Shown piece by piece: positions 48,583-57,940 of a stretch of 64,000 nt of DNA. Made by a program: the position numbers and the translations under genes. Each line of letters begins with the position of its first letter. Position 1 is the stretch's first letter. This DNA is from a virus: positions 32,001-96,000 of IMG/VR virus record IMGVR_UViG_3300041964_000014. One strand, given 5' to 3'. The notes below the pieces were generated by a model. It saw only the letters and a list, made by a program, of their open reading frames with translations. It was not told where the DNA came from and ran no database searches.

Positions 48583-50656
48583 TACAACCGTGTTTACTGG
48601 CTATGCTCCAGCCAGATGTACAGCTGGACAGCCATATTATTCTGATAGACCATCCGGATTTCTTTGACGCCCTCCGAGAGTTTCACAATGCTGAGCTGTT
48701 TGGCTGTGACATCGAGACTTTTGGAGCCAAGGGGGAAATATTCGATAAAGAGAATGATGACGCTTTAGTGCCCTGGAAAGGATGTATCCGGCTGATTCAG
48801 ATTGCTCTCCCAGTATCGCGGAGAGTCATTATTGTTGACCTTGGTGGACGGGAATACAAGCCTGTGCTGTATCCTGAGCGATATCGGCAGTTTGGAATAG
48901 TACTACTCACAAAGCTAGCGTGTCCGAAAACAAAAAGGTTGGACATAATTTCAAGTTTGATGGCAAGTTTTTGGCAGTGCATCTAGGGGCTACTTTCCGG
49001 ACACTATGTGACACTATGTTGATGTCGCAAATTGTTTGGTCGGGTGTTGGAGTATCTAAAGCCAAGAAAGGAGAAAACAGAGCTGATCGTTGTAAGTTAT
49101 CTCATAGTCTCAAAGCAGTAGCTGAAAGACTAGAAATAGGGGATTTAGATAAAACAGAGCAAAAAAGTGATTGGGGAGGCACACTTACTAATGCTCAGTT
49201 AAATTATGCAGGAAATGACGCATTAATACTACTGGATATATACGCAAGATTACGGCGGTTAATTATAGAGCATCAACAACAGTACCCTATTTATAGCGAG
49301 TTTTTGTTTCTTCCAGTACTAATAGATATGGAAGTACAAGGTGTACCTGTTGATGCCGCTAGATTAGATGAGTTAATCTTGCAATATACAGAAGCTATTA
49401 ACTACCATACTGCTATTTGGTATAGCGAGTTTCCTGATTTATCTCATACTGCTACTAAGAAAGATCTTGTACCCGCACTTAATAATAAGTACAGTTTAAA
49501 TCTAGAGGCAACTGATGATAGTGCTTTAGCTCCTTTAGCAAAAGAGTATCCTGCCATTAGAGCGCTGTTAGATTACCGTACATTAAATATTAGTCTTAAG
49601 TACCTTACTAGTGTTAAGACTAATATGTTTAACGGTACAGTACGTAGTAATTATAGGCAGGTTACTGGAGGCTGGCGTACTAGTAGTAATAAGATAAATC
49701 TACAAAACCCTCCTAAACTGCATCCTCGGTTTAAGCAGTACAATTACGGTAGTGTTAAAAGTGCATTTAAACCCCCCGAGGGTTATGCGTTTTTAGTGGC
49801 AGATCTTAGTGCCGCGCATAGTCGCATTGCCACTCAAGTAACTAAATGTCAGGCATTAATTGATGGTTATAACTTAGGACAAGATAATCACATTAAAGTA
49901 TGTGCAAGAATACTGCAAGCTAGTGGAGTAGAAGTATCAGAACAAGAAGCTCTTAATTTACATAAGAGTTACAAGGCTAAAAAGAAAGATAAATTAGCAG
50001 TAACAGAATTAGAAGCTAAGGTTGCTGAATATCGTGACTACGGTAAGATAGGTTTCTACGCCTATCTAAATCAAGCTGGGGCTTATACTATGCAGCAGAC
50101 TTTTGCTGGATGGGGAATTACAGTTACTTTAGAATTCTGCGAACTACTAATTAGTATTCTTAGAGAAATATACGGAGAGATCTACGACTATGTACGTAAG
50201 GTATTAATCCCCTACGCTAATAGTCATGATATTGATTTCAGCCATTTTAAGGACATAAATGGTAAGCCATTACAAGGTACATACGGTATTACTTATGGAC
50301 TAACGGGTGGGCGTAATTATTGTTTAAAGGTAAAGAATAAACATACAGGTAGATACGAGGTTCCTTACACAGATACTATTAGCTTTACTTGGCTAAGTAG
50401 TGAAGCCAATATGTTAATGGAGGCAGCCGGATTACTGTATCTAGAGTTTCTCAATCACCCTGAATGGGAAGCTCGTATATGTAACTACGTTCACGACGAG
50501 ACAGATATAGTATGTCTGCAAGAATACGCGGAGGTTGTGGCTAGCCTGGTTGGCAATACTATTAAAGCTGTACTAAGCCGATTTATTACTATCATTCCAG
50601 TAGAAGAGGATAGTAACTATAGTGCTTTTATTGTTGAGGACTGGAGTAAGAAATAA
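48579..50656 (+). CDS. polA: family A DNA polymerase with 3'-5' exonuclease (one-base frameshift at A-run ~48932-48936)
   Basis: Exo DIET, GHNFKFD, YAGND; polymerase RTSS..INLQN, ADLS, R..GK, VHDE. Confidence 0.9.
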
Positions 50657-50958
50657 TGGAAACTAATTTAACACGCGATCAGGTATATCAAGGCTTATTA
50701 GCCTATTATTTTAAGCGTTACGAGCAATTACTATTTGAGCGTAATTTGCCAAGTTTGAGTGAAGATGTTAAAGAACAATTAGACAATCACTACAACGGAT
50801 TTATTTTCAACGTATTAATCGACCCAGAACATTCTCCCGCCGCTGTTTGGACATTTGAACTACTGGGTAAAGCCTATTTAATTATTGAGGACGCAATTCA
50901 AAATGACATCCGTACAAAGTTAAATAAGGTAGGAGGAGACAATGCTAAATTGGCTTAA
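50656..50958 (+). CDS. hypothetical protein
   Basis: coupled to polA. Confidence 0.6.
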   Translation: METNLTRDQVYQGLLAYYFKRYEQLLFERNLPSLSEDVKEQLDNHYNGFIFNVLIDPEHSPAAVWTFELLGKAYLIIEDAIQNDIRTKLNKVGGDNAKLA

Positions 50959-51304
50959 GAGGGGTATTAATGAGGATACTGTTCAAGCACAGCGGGAGTT
51001 GTCTACTTCAGATAAGCAGTGGCAATCTAACTTAACTCGTAAGGAGTTTAGCGATGCTGAGAAAGCCATTGAAATGGATAGTAATTACAAAGCTCTTACT
51101 AACCTCAATACAAGGGAGCTAAGAAATATAGCTTGTAAATCCGCTAGTGAATCTCCCCGTCCTAGTTTTAACAAAGAAGCTCTAAAGGAGACAAAAGAGC
51201 TACTTGACAATCAAACTAGCTGTACTAAGCCGCTAACAAATAAAGAGGAAATCAAAGAAAAACTAGAAGAAGAACGCAGTAAGAAACGAGGCTTATTCTG
51301 GTAA
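50942..51304 (+). CDS. hypothetical protein
   Basis: AGGAGG RBS, ORF. Confidence 0.6.
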   Translation: MLNWLKRGINEDTVQAQRELSTSDKQWQSNLTRKEFSDAEKAIEMDSNYKALTNLNTRELRNIACKSASESPRPSFNKEALKETKELLDNQTSCTKPLTNKEEIKEKLEEERSKKRGLFW

Positions 51305-51337
51305 TCAAGTAGAGAAATAAGTAATAGAGTCCGAAGT

Positions 51338-51517
51338 ATGGATCATGTGCTACCAACATACAAAGGTTTCACAGCACGTTGCAAGTTAGATTTAACTACA
51401 ATGACCTACAAAGGAATTGCTGACGGTAATCCTAGTATTCAGTTTGAAGGTGCAAGCATTGTGCAGGCAAGTATGAGATTCAGGGATGCTGTGGATGCTT
51501 ACCTGAAAAGTAAATAG
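51338..51517 (+). CDS. second HicB-like antitoxin domain (59 aa)
   Basis: MDHVLPTYKGFTARCKLD...YKG....IQFEGASIVQASMRFRDAVDAYL; not in the ORF track. Confidence 0.65.
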   Translation: MDHVLPTYKGFTARCKLDLTTMTYKGIADGNPSIQFEGASIVQASMRFRDAVDAYLKSK

Positions 51518-51640
51518 TAAATAGTAGTTTGTTTGAAATACTCCCCGTAGTATTTCGGACAGCAGCTGCCTTGTTTTAAACGGCACTTGGTATATTAATT
51601 GGATTAAATTTGTTGTACCTATATTTGGAAATTAAAAACC

Positions 51641-51847
51641 ATGACGGAGTTTAGTTTAGATTTAGCAAAACAATTGATTAATTCTGGAGAACAATTTCCA
51701 GTTAATTTTAACGATGCTTATGTATGGTTAGAATATTCCAGAAAAGACAATGCTAAAGTTAGTTTTCTTAAGTGTGGGTTTATCGAGGGTGTAGATTATC
51801 GGCTCCTGAGAGTTCAGGAGTCGGCTCCAACGGGGATAGATATTTAA
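51641..51847 (+). pseudogene. truncated paralog of antirepressor 27630..28376
   Basis: MTEFSLDLAK..FPV.F..AYVWLEYSRKD identical core; stops after 68 aa next to a 67-bp repeat. Confidence 0.7.
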
Positions 51848-51849
51848 AA

Positions 51850-52735
51850 GAAGCCATAACATCTATATCCGATTTGTTAGTAGATTAAGTCCGAAATAAT
51901 AAGAAGCGCGGGGCTTCTTATTATTTCGGACTATTGTTTTGTGTATATAAAAAGGAAATTATTATGTTACAAGTAATTGAAAAGAATAGTGTTTTAGTAG
52001 TAGACTCTCGTTTAATTGCCGAAGAATTGGGAATAGAACATCGTAGTTTTAAAGATACTATCCAGGTTAATGCTTCAGATTTAGAGGAACATTTTGGACA
52101 GTTGCGGCGTGAAACCGCACCGTCAAAAGCTAATGGTGGTGGGGGTTTTGGAGAAACGTACTATTTGCTAACAGAAGAACAAGCCACTTATTTGATGACT
52201 CTTTCTCGTAATACTGAGCAAGTCAAGAAAGCCAAGCTTAATTTAGTTAAAGCCTTTAGTGCGGCTAAACAATCCTTAATCGTAACTCCTAGCAAAGAAA
52301 TAACACAGTTATTAACTACACTAATTAATAACCAACAAAATCAGGCACAGCAATTAGCTACATTAACTGAACGTACACAACGTTTAGATACTGTAGAACA
52401 AGAGAAAGCACAATTAGCTAACCAACTTACAGAGTTTAATGTAGCTGGCTCAATACATCAAGGTTGTTACAATATTATTCGTGCCGAGATTAATCAACAA
52501 ACTATAGTACTGATTACTGCTACAGATTACTTATTAGAAAACGGTAAATCAATAACTTACTCAAAACTACTCGCTCGACGTGCTGCTAGTTTGTATCGTT
52601 GTAGTAGAAAAGCCGAACCATTTAAAAACAAACAAAATCAAATGTTATTTGAACGTAAATATCTTGATGAAGCCATAACATCTATATCCGATTTGTTAGT
52701 AGATTAAGTCCGAAATAATAAGAAGCGCGGGGCTT
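51850..52735 (+). repeat. 67-bp exact direct repeat (51850-51916 and 52669-52735), each leading into a motif inverted pair
   Basis: gaagccataacatctatatccgatttgttagtagattaagtccgaaataataagaagcgcggggctt occurs twice. Confidence 0.95.
51964..52707 (+). CDS. Rha-family phage regulatory protein
   Basis: VVDSRLIAEELGIEH...YYLLTEEQATYLMTLSRNT...KLNLVKAF. Confidence 0.85.
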   Translation: MLQVIEKNSVLVVDSRLIAEELGIEHRSFKDTIQVNASDLEEHFGQLRRETAPSKANGGGGFGETYYLLTEEQATYLMTLSRNTEQVKKAKLNLVKAFSAAKQSLIVTPSKEITQLLTTLINNQQNQAQQLATLTERTQRLDTVEQEKAQLANQLTEFNVAGSIHQGCYNIIRAEINQQTIVLITATDYLLENGKSITYSKLLARRAASLYRCSRKAEPFKNKQNQMLFERKYLDEAITSISDLLVD

Positions 52736-52775
52736 ACCTATTTATTTCGGACTATTACTTTATATCTAATAGATT

Positions 52776-53192
52776 ATGACTACAAAGAAGATAGAGCAAG
52801 AAATGTTAGCGGCTATAGCTAACAAAACATATTGGAGAAAGAGTAATACTGAGGTATACCATGACTATTACACTGGGGACATTAGAATTCGTTTATTTGG
52901 ACATATAATAGCTGTAATTACCTCTGAGACAGTACATCTTACTGATGCTGGATATCAAACAGCAACTACTAAGTCAAGATTAAATGCATTACTAGAATAT
53001 TTTAAAGAAGGTGACACAATACAAGTAATCTCTTCTGTAAGAGGGACTTGGCGAATATACAGTACCGCAGGTTCTAGCTATAGTCGAATATGGACAGGAG
53101 AACTAATATTTGATAACCCTCATAACCCGGCTAATAGCACACCGCCACCAGTACCTGTAATTACACCAAAAGATATGAGTTTTGTATTATGA
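52776..53192 (+). CDS. conserved cyanophage-type hypothetical protein
   Basis: KIEQEM..AI....W...NTEV...L.GH.IA...G.QT.TTKSRLNAL. Confidence 0.65.
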   Translation: MTTKKIEQEMLAAIANKTYWRKSNTEVYHDYYTGDIRIRLFGHIIAVITSETVHLTDAGYQTATTKSRLNALLEYFKEGDTIQVISSVRGTWRIYSTAGSSYSRIWTGELIFDNPHNPANSTPPPVPVITPKDMSFVL

Positions 53193-53419
53193 ATCTAACT
53201 TCAGAATTGTCCGTTGAAGAACTATTTCTAATCGAACAGAGTATGTTGTTATATCAGCGCAGTTCTCCTAGGGAGAAAGAATTGTACTACAGACAACTAC
53301 TCCATCAAGCCTTTATGATGCAGAAAGTAGCTAGACAACTATTCGAGGAACTAGAAGAAAGAGAACAAGCAGAGTCACAGCTTTCTGTTAACGCACTTAT
53401 AGGATTCTCCGATGGATAA
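53189..53419 (+). CDS. nblA: NblA-like phycobilisome degradation adaptor
   Basis: ELSVEELF.I......QRSS.RE...Y.RQLLHQ..M.QK..RQL fits the two-helix NblA pattern; divergent. Confidence 0.5.
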   Translation: MNLTSELSVEELFLIEQSMLLYQRSSPREKELYYRQLLHQAFMMQKVARQLFEELEEREQAESQLSVNALIGFSDG

Positions 53420-53502
53420 ACAAGATAAAGACAAAGATAAGGGTAGCGAAAAAAAAGATAAGCCCAAGGTAGTTAAAAAGCAACCAGGATCGGGACGTAA
53501 AA

Positions 53503-53757
53503 GTGGAAGATAATCTTGTTAAACAATTAGCTCGGATGGCTACTGAATATAGTTATGACTTCAAGGTTAGCTCACAGTTAGCTGCTGCCCATAACTTGGT
53601 AGCACAAGATGAACCTCGTAAAGCTTTTAGTGTTTTAAACCAACTAATAACTAACACACAGCAAGGTGAACTTAAATTTGTTTTATTTCATATTGCACAT
53701 TTGTTAAGCATAAGAATTACGCTGCAATGTATACCGTCTAAAGCTAGGGTATTTTAG
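53503..53757 (+). CDS. hypothetical protein, paralog of 54439..54687
   Basis: ELK..L..(I/V)...L.(I/V)RI shared. Confidence 0.5.
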   Translation: MEDNLVKQLARMATEYSYDFKVSSQLAAAHNLVAQDEPRKAFSVLNQLITNTQQGELKFVLFHIAHLLSIRITLQCIPSKARVF

Positions 53758-53832
53758 TAGTGTTAAATTAACCCCCTTTAAAATTACTTAGCTTAAGGGG
53801 GTATCGTTAAACATAGCTAGCGAGGTTATTTA

Positions 53833-54027
53833 ATGGAAAGTATAAGTTTGATAAAAGCTGACGATTATGTGGTCACTATTTTAGCCCCATTAGTAGATAG
53901 ATCTGAACTAGAGCTTAAACTACAACAAGTTTGCGTATCTCAAATAAGTTGTATTAAAAAAGGCAACATGATTAGTATCCAGCACACTGGGGAACAAGAC
54001 ACAATCCTGAAAGAGTTGGGATTATGA
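53833..54027 (+). CDS. hypothetical protein, paralog of 56010..56219
   Basis: GN...I.H.GE...I...LGL shared. Confidence 0.55.
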   Translation: MESISLIKADDYVVTILAPLVDRSELELKLQQVCVSQISCIKKGNMISIQHTGEQDTILKELGL

Positions 54028-54131
54028 GCGAATACGAAACTGGAATGTACTTGTTGTTTCTGTTAGGTGCTGTTTGGATTGTTTTGAACAGCCTCGAATA
54101 ACTTTGTCTCCCTATTATTTCGGACAATACC

Positions 54132-54425
54132 ATGTTGTACGTGCTAATTGAGAAAGACGATTACCGAGTAGTCAAGCTGGGTACAACAGTTAACCTCAAA
54201 CAGCGACTAAGAGATCTACAAACTGGCAATTACCGTGAGCTACAAATAGTAGCAGTATTAGATGGTGACGCAACTACAGAAGCACTACTAAAACTACAGT
54301 TTAAAGAGTATAGGTTAAATCGGGAGTGGTTTAATTTAGAAGGTGAGTTATTAGAGTTTCTAAGACCTCACTTGTTTAGTTACCGAAATCCTAAGCTAAT
54401 AAGTGTTTGCAATTGTCCGAAATAA
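54132..54425 (+). CDS. T5orf172/MUG113 domain protein
   Basis: VKLGTT..LKQRLRDLQTGN...EWF; bracketed by motif copies at 54111 and 54415. Confidence 0.8.
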   Translation: MLYVLIEKDDYRVVKLGTTVNLKQRLRDLQTGNYRELQIVAVLDGDATTEALLKLQFKEYRLNREWFNLEGELLEFLRPHLFSYRNPKLISVCNCPK

Positions 54426-54438
54426 TAAGGAGAGAAGT

Positions 54439-54687
54439 ATGTCGCTTCCAATAACTACCTACACAGTACTGTCACTAATTTATCAGTTAATAGATATGTT
54501 ACAAAACCCTGAGACAATGCCAGAAGTAGCGGCTATATTGCAACTACTAAAGGATGGGCAAGTTAAGGAAGCTTACCGGGATTTGCAACTGGTAATAGAT
54601 AAGCCAGATATTAGTCCGGAGCTAAAAGCGGAGTTATGTAATGTTAGTTCGTCACTGTTAGTGCGGATACTGAATAGCGGAATTTAG
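54439..54687 (+). CDS. hypothetical protein
   Basis: AGGAG RBS before MSLPI. Confidence 0.55.
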   Translation: MSLPITTYTVLSLIYQLIDMLQNPETMPEVAAILQLLKDGQVKEAYRDLQLVIDKPDISPELKAELCNVSSSLLVRILNSGI

Positions 54688-54714
54688 ATAGTAAATTAGC
54701 TAAGGTACAAACGA

Positions 54715-55083
54715 ATGTTGGATGTTATTTCCTATAACGGAATTTGTATTCCGTTAGTAGACAACTGTAATGTGATGTACGATAATCTTCGTAGATATTA
54801 TCAGAGAAGAAATAAACAGATTAGAGATATTTGTAAATTACCAATATATACTGATGAACAAGAAAAACTAGTACTCGATTATCAGTATGGGGAATATCTA
54901 TACAATCAGTTTTGTTGCGGATACAACCCATCATCTCCAGATACCCTAAAATATGAGCCAACGTGGTTTAACTCGCCTTGGACAACTGAAAAGTTAGAGC
55001 GATGCATAGTTACCATCGAAATACAGTTGTGGAAAGACGCGGCTATTGAGTTAAGTACAACCTTGTCTACGGAGGTAAAATAA
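54715..55083 (+). CDS. hypothetical protein
   Basis: ORF. Confidence 0.55.
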   Translation: MLDVISYNGICIPLVDNCNVMYDNLRRYYQRRNKQIRDICKLPIYTDEQEKLVLDYQYGEYLYNQFCCGYNPSSPDTLKYEPTWFNSPWTTEKLERCIVTIEIQLWKDAAIELSTTLSTEVK

Positions 55084-55804
55084 GATGCCCAGGGATTTCT
55101 TAAAATCTTCCGGAGAAAATAACAATTCAGAATATGTACATACTGCAATGACGGATATCGAGTGGCAACAAACCTTGGAAGCTAAAAGAGTGACTATCCG
55201 AGAGGATACATTTCAGGCTTTGGAAGAGGAACGCCGAAAACGATAATATTGAAATAGTTAGCTAGAGTCCGAAATAATAAGCCTCCCGACAATGTGGAGG
55301 CTTATTTTGTGTTGAGAAGAGGGAAAATCCATCCCTGACAATCAAAAATTAAAAAAACGGCACCGTCTCCCCTAATAATTGATTTATATAATTATAATTA
55401 ATAATAAATAAATATACTTTTAGTACCTGTAATAATGATTGTGTAATTATGAAGACGACTATGGTAACGTAGAACGAGTTAGAACTTGCCGAGCCGAACT
55501 AAGTATTTTAGATAATGTAATACTAAGTCTACTTAAGTTGCGTAATAAGTTACTACGTAAATAAACTAAATTTCACTAGCGTATATACCACTAAATACTA
55601 TGACCCCAAGAGATTTTTGCTACTGGTTTAATGGTTACATTGAGTTAACTAATCCCTCACAATTAGTGCTACGGAAGTTAAAGTAATTAAGCGCCATTTA
55701 AGAATGGTGTTTCATCATATAGATGCTACTTACCCGGACGATCAGCAAGCAGCACTAAATCAGCTGCACAGCGGTGATGATGATAACCCTTATATTGATG
55801 TGAG

Positions 55805-56023
55805 ATGTTAATGGCAAATAATCGTGTAGCACTAACACTTGCACAACACTTACGTATTAACGATGTTTACGTATGCCCACTAACTAACGAACATTTAATA
55901 GTCACTCAAGTAGTTGAAGATAGAACTACTAATCCTATACAGTATTTAGTGAGCTTTAAAAATAGTTCACTAACAGCTGTACATAATTACAACGATATGG
56001 TAGATATACTTGTTTATGGCTAA
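55805..56023 (+). CDS. hypothetical protein
   Basis: ORF. Confidence 0.5.
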   Translation: MLMANNRVALTLAQHLRINDVYVCPLTNEHLIVTQVVEDRTTNPIQYLVSFKNSSLTAVHNYNDMVDILVYG

Positions 56024-56219
56024 TTCTCGAATAAGCATAGTTAGTCAGCAAACCAATTTAATGGTGCTTAAAGTCGCTAACACACTTAATATTGCAGACA
56101 TCCAGACAGCACTAAACATGAGGTCGGATACTATGCGGTTTAACGTGCTTCGTAATGGTAATCTACAAATACACCACCAAGGTGAAGACGCACTTATTAA
56201 GCGTGTTCTAGGGTTATAG
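56010..56219 (+). CDS. hypothetical protein
   Basis: paralog of 53833..54027. Confidence 0.55.
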   Translation: MFMANSRISIVSQQTNLMVLKVANTLNIADIQTALNMRSDTMRFNVLRNGNLQIHHQGEDALIKRVLGL

Positions 56220-56247
56220 AATTCCCGCAATTTGTAGTAAGTAAATA

Positions 56248-56284
56248 GTCCGAAATAATAAGGGTGCATCTATTTATTTCGGAC
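56248..56284. repeat. inverted pair of the GTCCGAAA motif
   Basis: gtccgaaataataagg-gtgcat-ctatttatttcggac. Confidence 0.9.
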
Positions 56285-56324
56285 TCTTAGTTGTTGTTTT
56301 TATTATTTAAATTACAAGGTTCTT

Positions 56325-57098
56325 ATGTCTCAAATAATTAAATCCTTTAATGGTAAGAGTATTCGGGTTAGAGAAGACGACCAATACTTTTGTTTAACCG
56401 ATATGGCTCAAGCTGTAGATAAACGTGTCAACAATTGGAGCCGTTTAGAAAGTACTCGTACTTACTTATCTACGTTATCATCCGTTACTCAGATTCCCGT
56501 AACGGGCTTAGTTTCTACTATTCAAGGGGGATTTCCAGAGTTACAGGGTACTTGGGCACACAAAATGGTTGCTTTGGAGTTTGCCAGATGGTGTTCCCCA
56601 GAATTTGCTATACAATGCAATATGTGGGTCGAAGAATTAATGGCTAACGGTAAAGTAGAATTAGTCCCACAAAAACCTAAGTCATCTGCTGAAATGCTAG
56701 TACTGTATGCTGAACAGTTTTTGGAGCATGAACAACGTCTTCTGAAAATAGAAGAAGAAAATCAAAAACTACTAGCAGCCCAGGAAGAAATACATAATAT
56801 AGTAACTATTGTTGAAGACCAGGTAGAAGAGTTTGCTCAAGCAACAGAAGAACGTTTAATCGCTATTGAAGTTGAACAAGACAGACACAATACTCCCGCA
56901 GGGCATAAATACACAGTACTTGGTTATGCTCGTTTGCAGGGATTAGAGTTGTCTAATTCTTCTGCTTCAGTCAAAGGAAGAAAAGCCACCCGTCTTTGCA
57001 GAGAAAGAGGGATTGAGGTAGAGCAAATACACGATCCCCGTTACGGCTATGTGGGCTTATATCCCGAATCGCTCTTACGTGAGGTATTCGCCGATTAG
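56325..57098 (+). CDS. KilA-N domain protein
   Basis: FNG..IR.R..D.YFCLTDMA...QGTWAH..VALEFARWCSPEF. Confidence 0.9.
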   Translation: MSQIIKSFNGKSIRVREDDQYFCLTDMAQAVDKRVNNWSRLESTRTYLSTLSSVTQIPVTGLVSTIQGGFPELQGTWAHKMVALEFARWCSPEFAIQCNMWVEELMANGKVELVPQKPKSSAEMLVLYAEQFLEHEQRLLKIEEENQKLLAAQEEIHNIVTIVEDQVEEFAQATEERLIAIEVEQDRHNTPAGHKYTVLGYARLQGLELSNSSASVKGRKATRLCRERGIEVEQIHDPRYGYVGLYPESLLREVFAD

Positions 57099-57145
57099 TT
57101 TTTGTCCTCTTATTATTTCGGACTCTTAGTTGTTGTTTTTATTAG

Positions 57146-57940
57146 TTGAATTATGAGGTTAGTATGTCTGCAATTATCAAGTCTTTTAACGATGTAGATA
57201 TCCGCATTCGAGATACAGACAATTATGTGTGTCTTACAGATATGGCAAATGCTTGTGGGAAACAGTTTGGTCACTGGAAGGCTTTAAAATCTACTGAGTC
57301 ATATCTGACAGCGTTATCCTCCGCAGTCGGAAAGCCGATAGCGGAGTTAATTGTATCAAAAGTGGGAGGAGTACCTGAGCTACAAGGAACTTGGGGACAT
57401 CCTAAGATAGCTATTCGTTTTGCTCAATGGTGTAGCGATGAATTTGCTGTACAGGTGGATTTTTGGATAGAAGAATTAATGACCAAGGGAAAAGTAGAGT
57501 TAAGCAAGCCTAAGTCTGCAATAGAGCTGGTACAACAGCAGTTAGAAACGTTGACTCAAATAGTAACTATATCTGTGGAGCATGAGCGCCAACTTCTTCT
57601 ATTAAAAGAAAAGACAGAGCAACAAGATAAAGAATTAGCACTTGTAAAGCAAGAGAATGCTACACTAAATTTCAATCTAGAAACGGTAGAAATGGAAGTA
57701 GCAGCTAATACTGCTGAATTAGAGAGATTTTCTAATGGGCACGGTTACTGGTTTAGTATTGTGGGGTATTGTACTAAGCTAGGTATTAAACCTGATCTTA
57801 ATTGGGTAACCAATCAAGGACGCAGAGCTACAGCAAGATGTAAGGAGTTAAATATTCGTCCAGTAAAAATAAATGACCCTCGCTACGGCACAGTAAACAC
57901 TTATCCAGACAGTGTGCTGGAAACTCTTAATTGGGAATAG
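57146..57940 (+). CDS. KilA-N domain protein, tandem paralog
   Basis: same motifs; shared C-terminal DPRYG.V..YP domain. Confidence 0.9.
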   Translation: MNYEVSMSAIIKSFNDVDIRIRDTDNYVCLTDMANACGKQFGHWKALKSTESYLTALSSAVGKPIAELIVSKVGGVPELQGTWGHPKIAIRFAQWCSDEFAVQVDFWIEELMTKGKVELSKPKSAIELVQQQLETLTQIVTISVEHERQLLLLKEKTEQQDKELALVKQENATLNFNLETVEMEVAANTAELERFSNGHGYWFSIVGYCTKLGIKPDLNWVTNQGRRATARCKELNIRPVKINDPRYGTVNTYPDSVLETLNWE

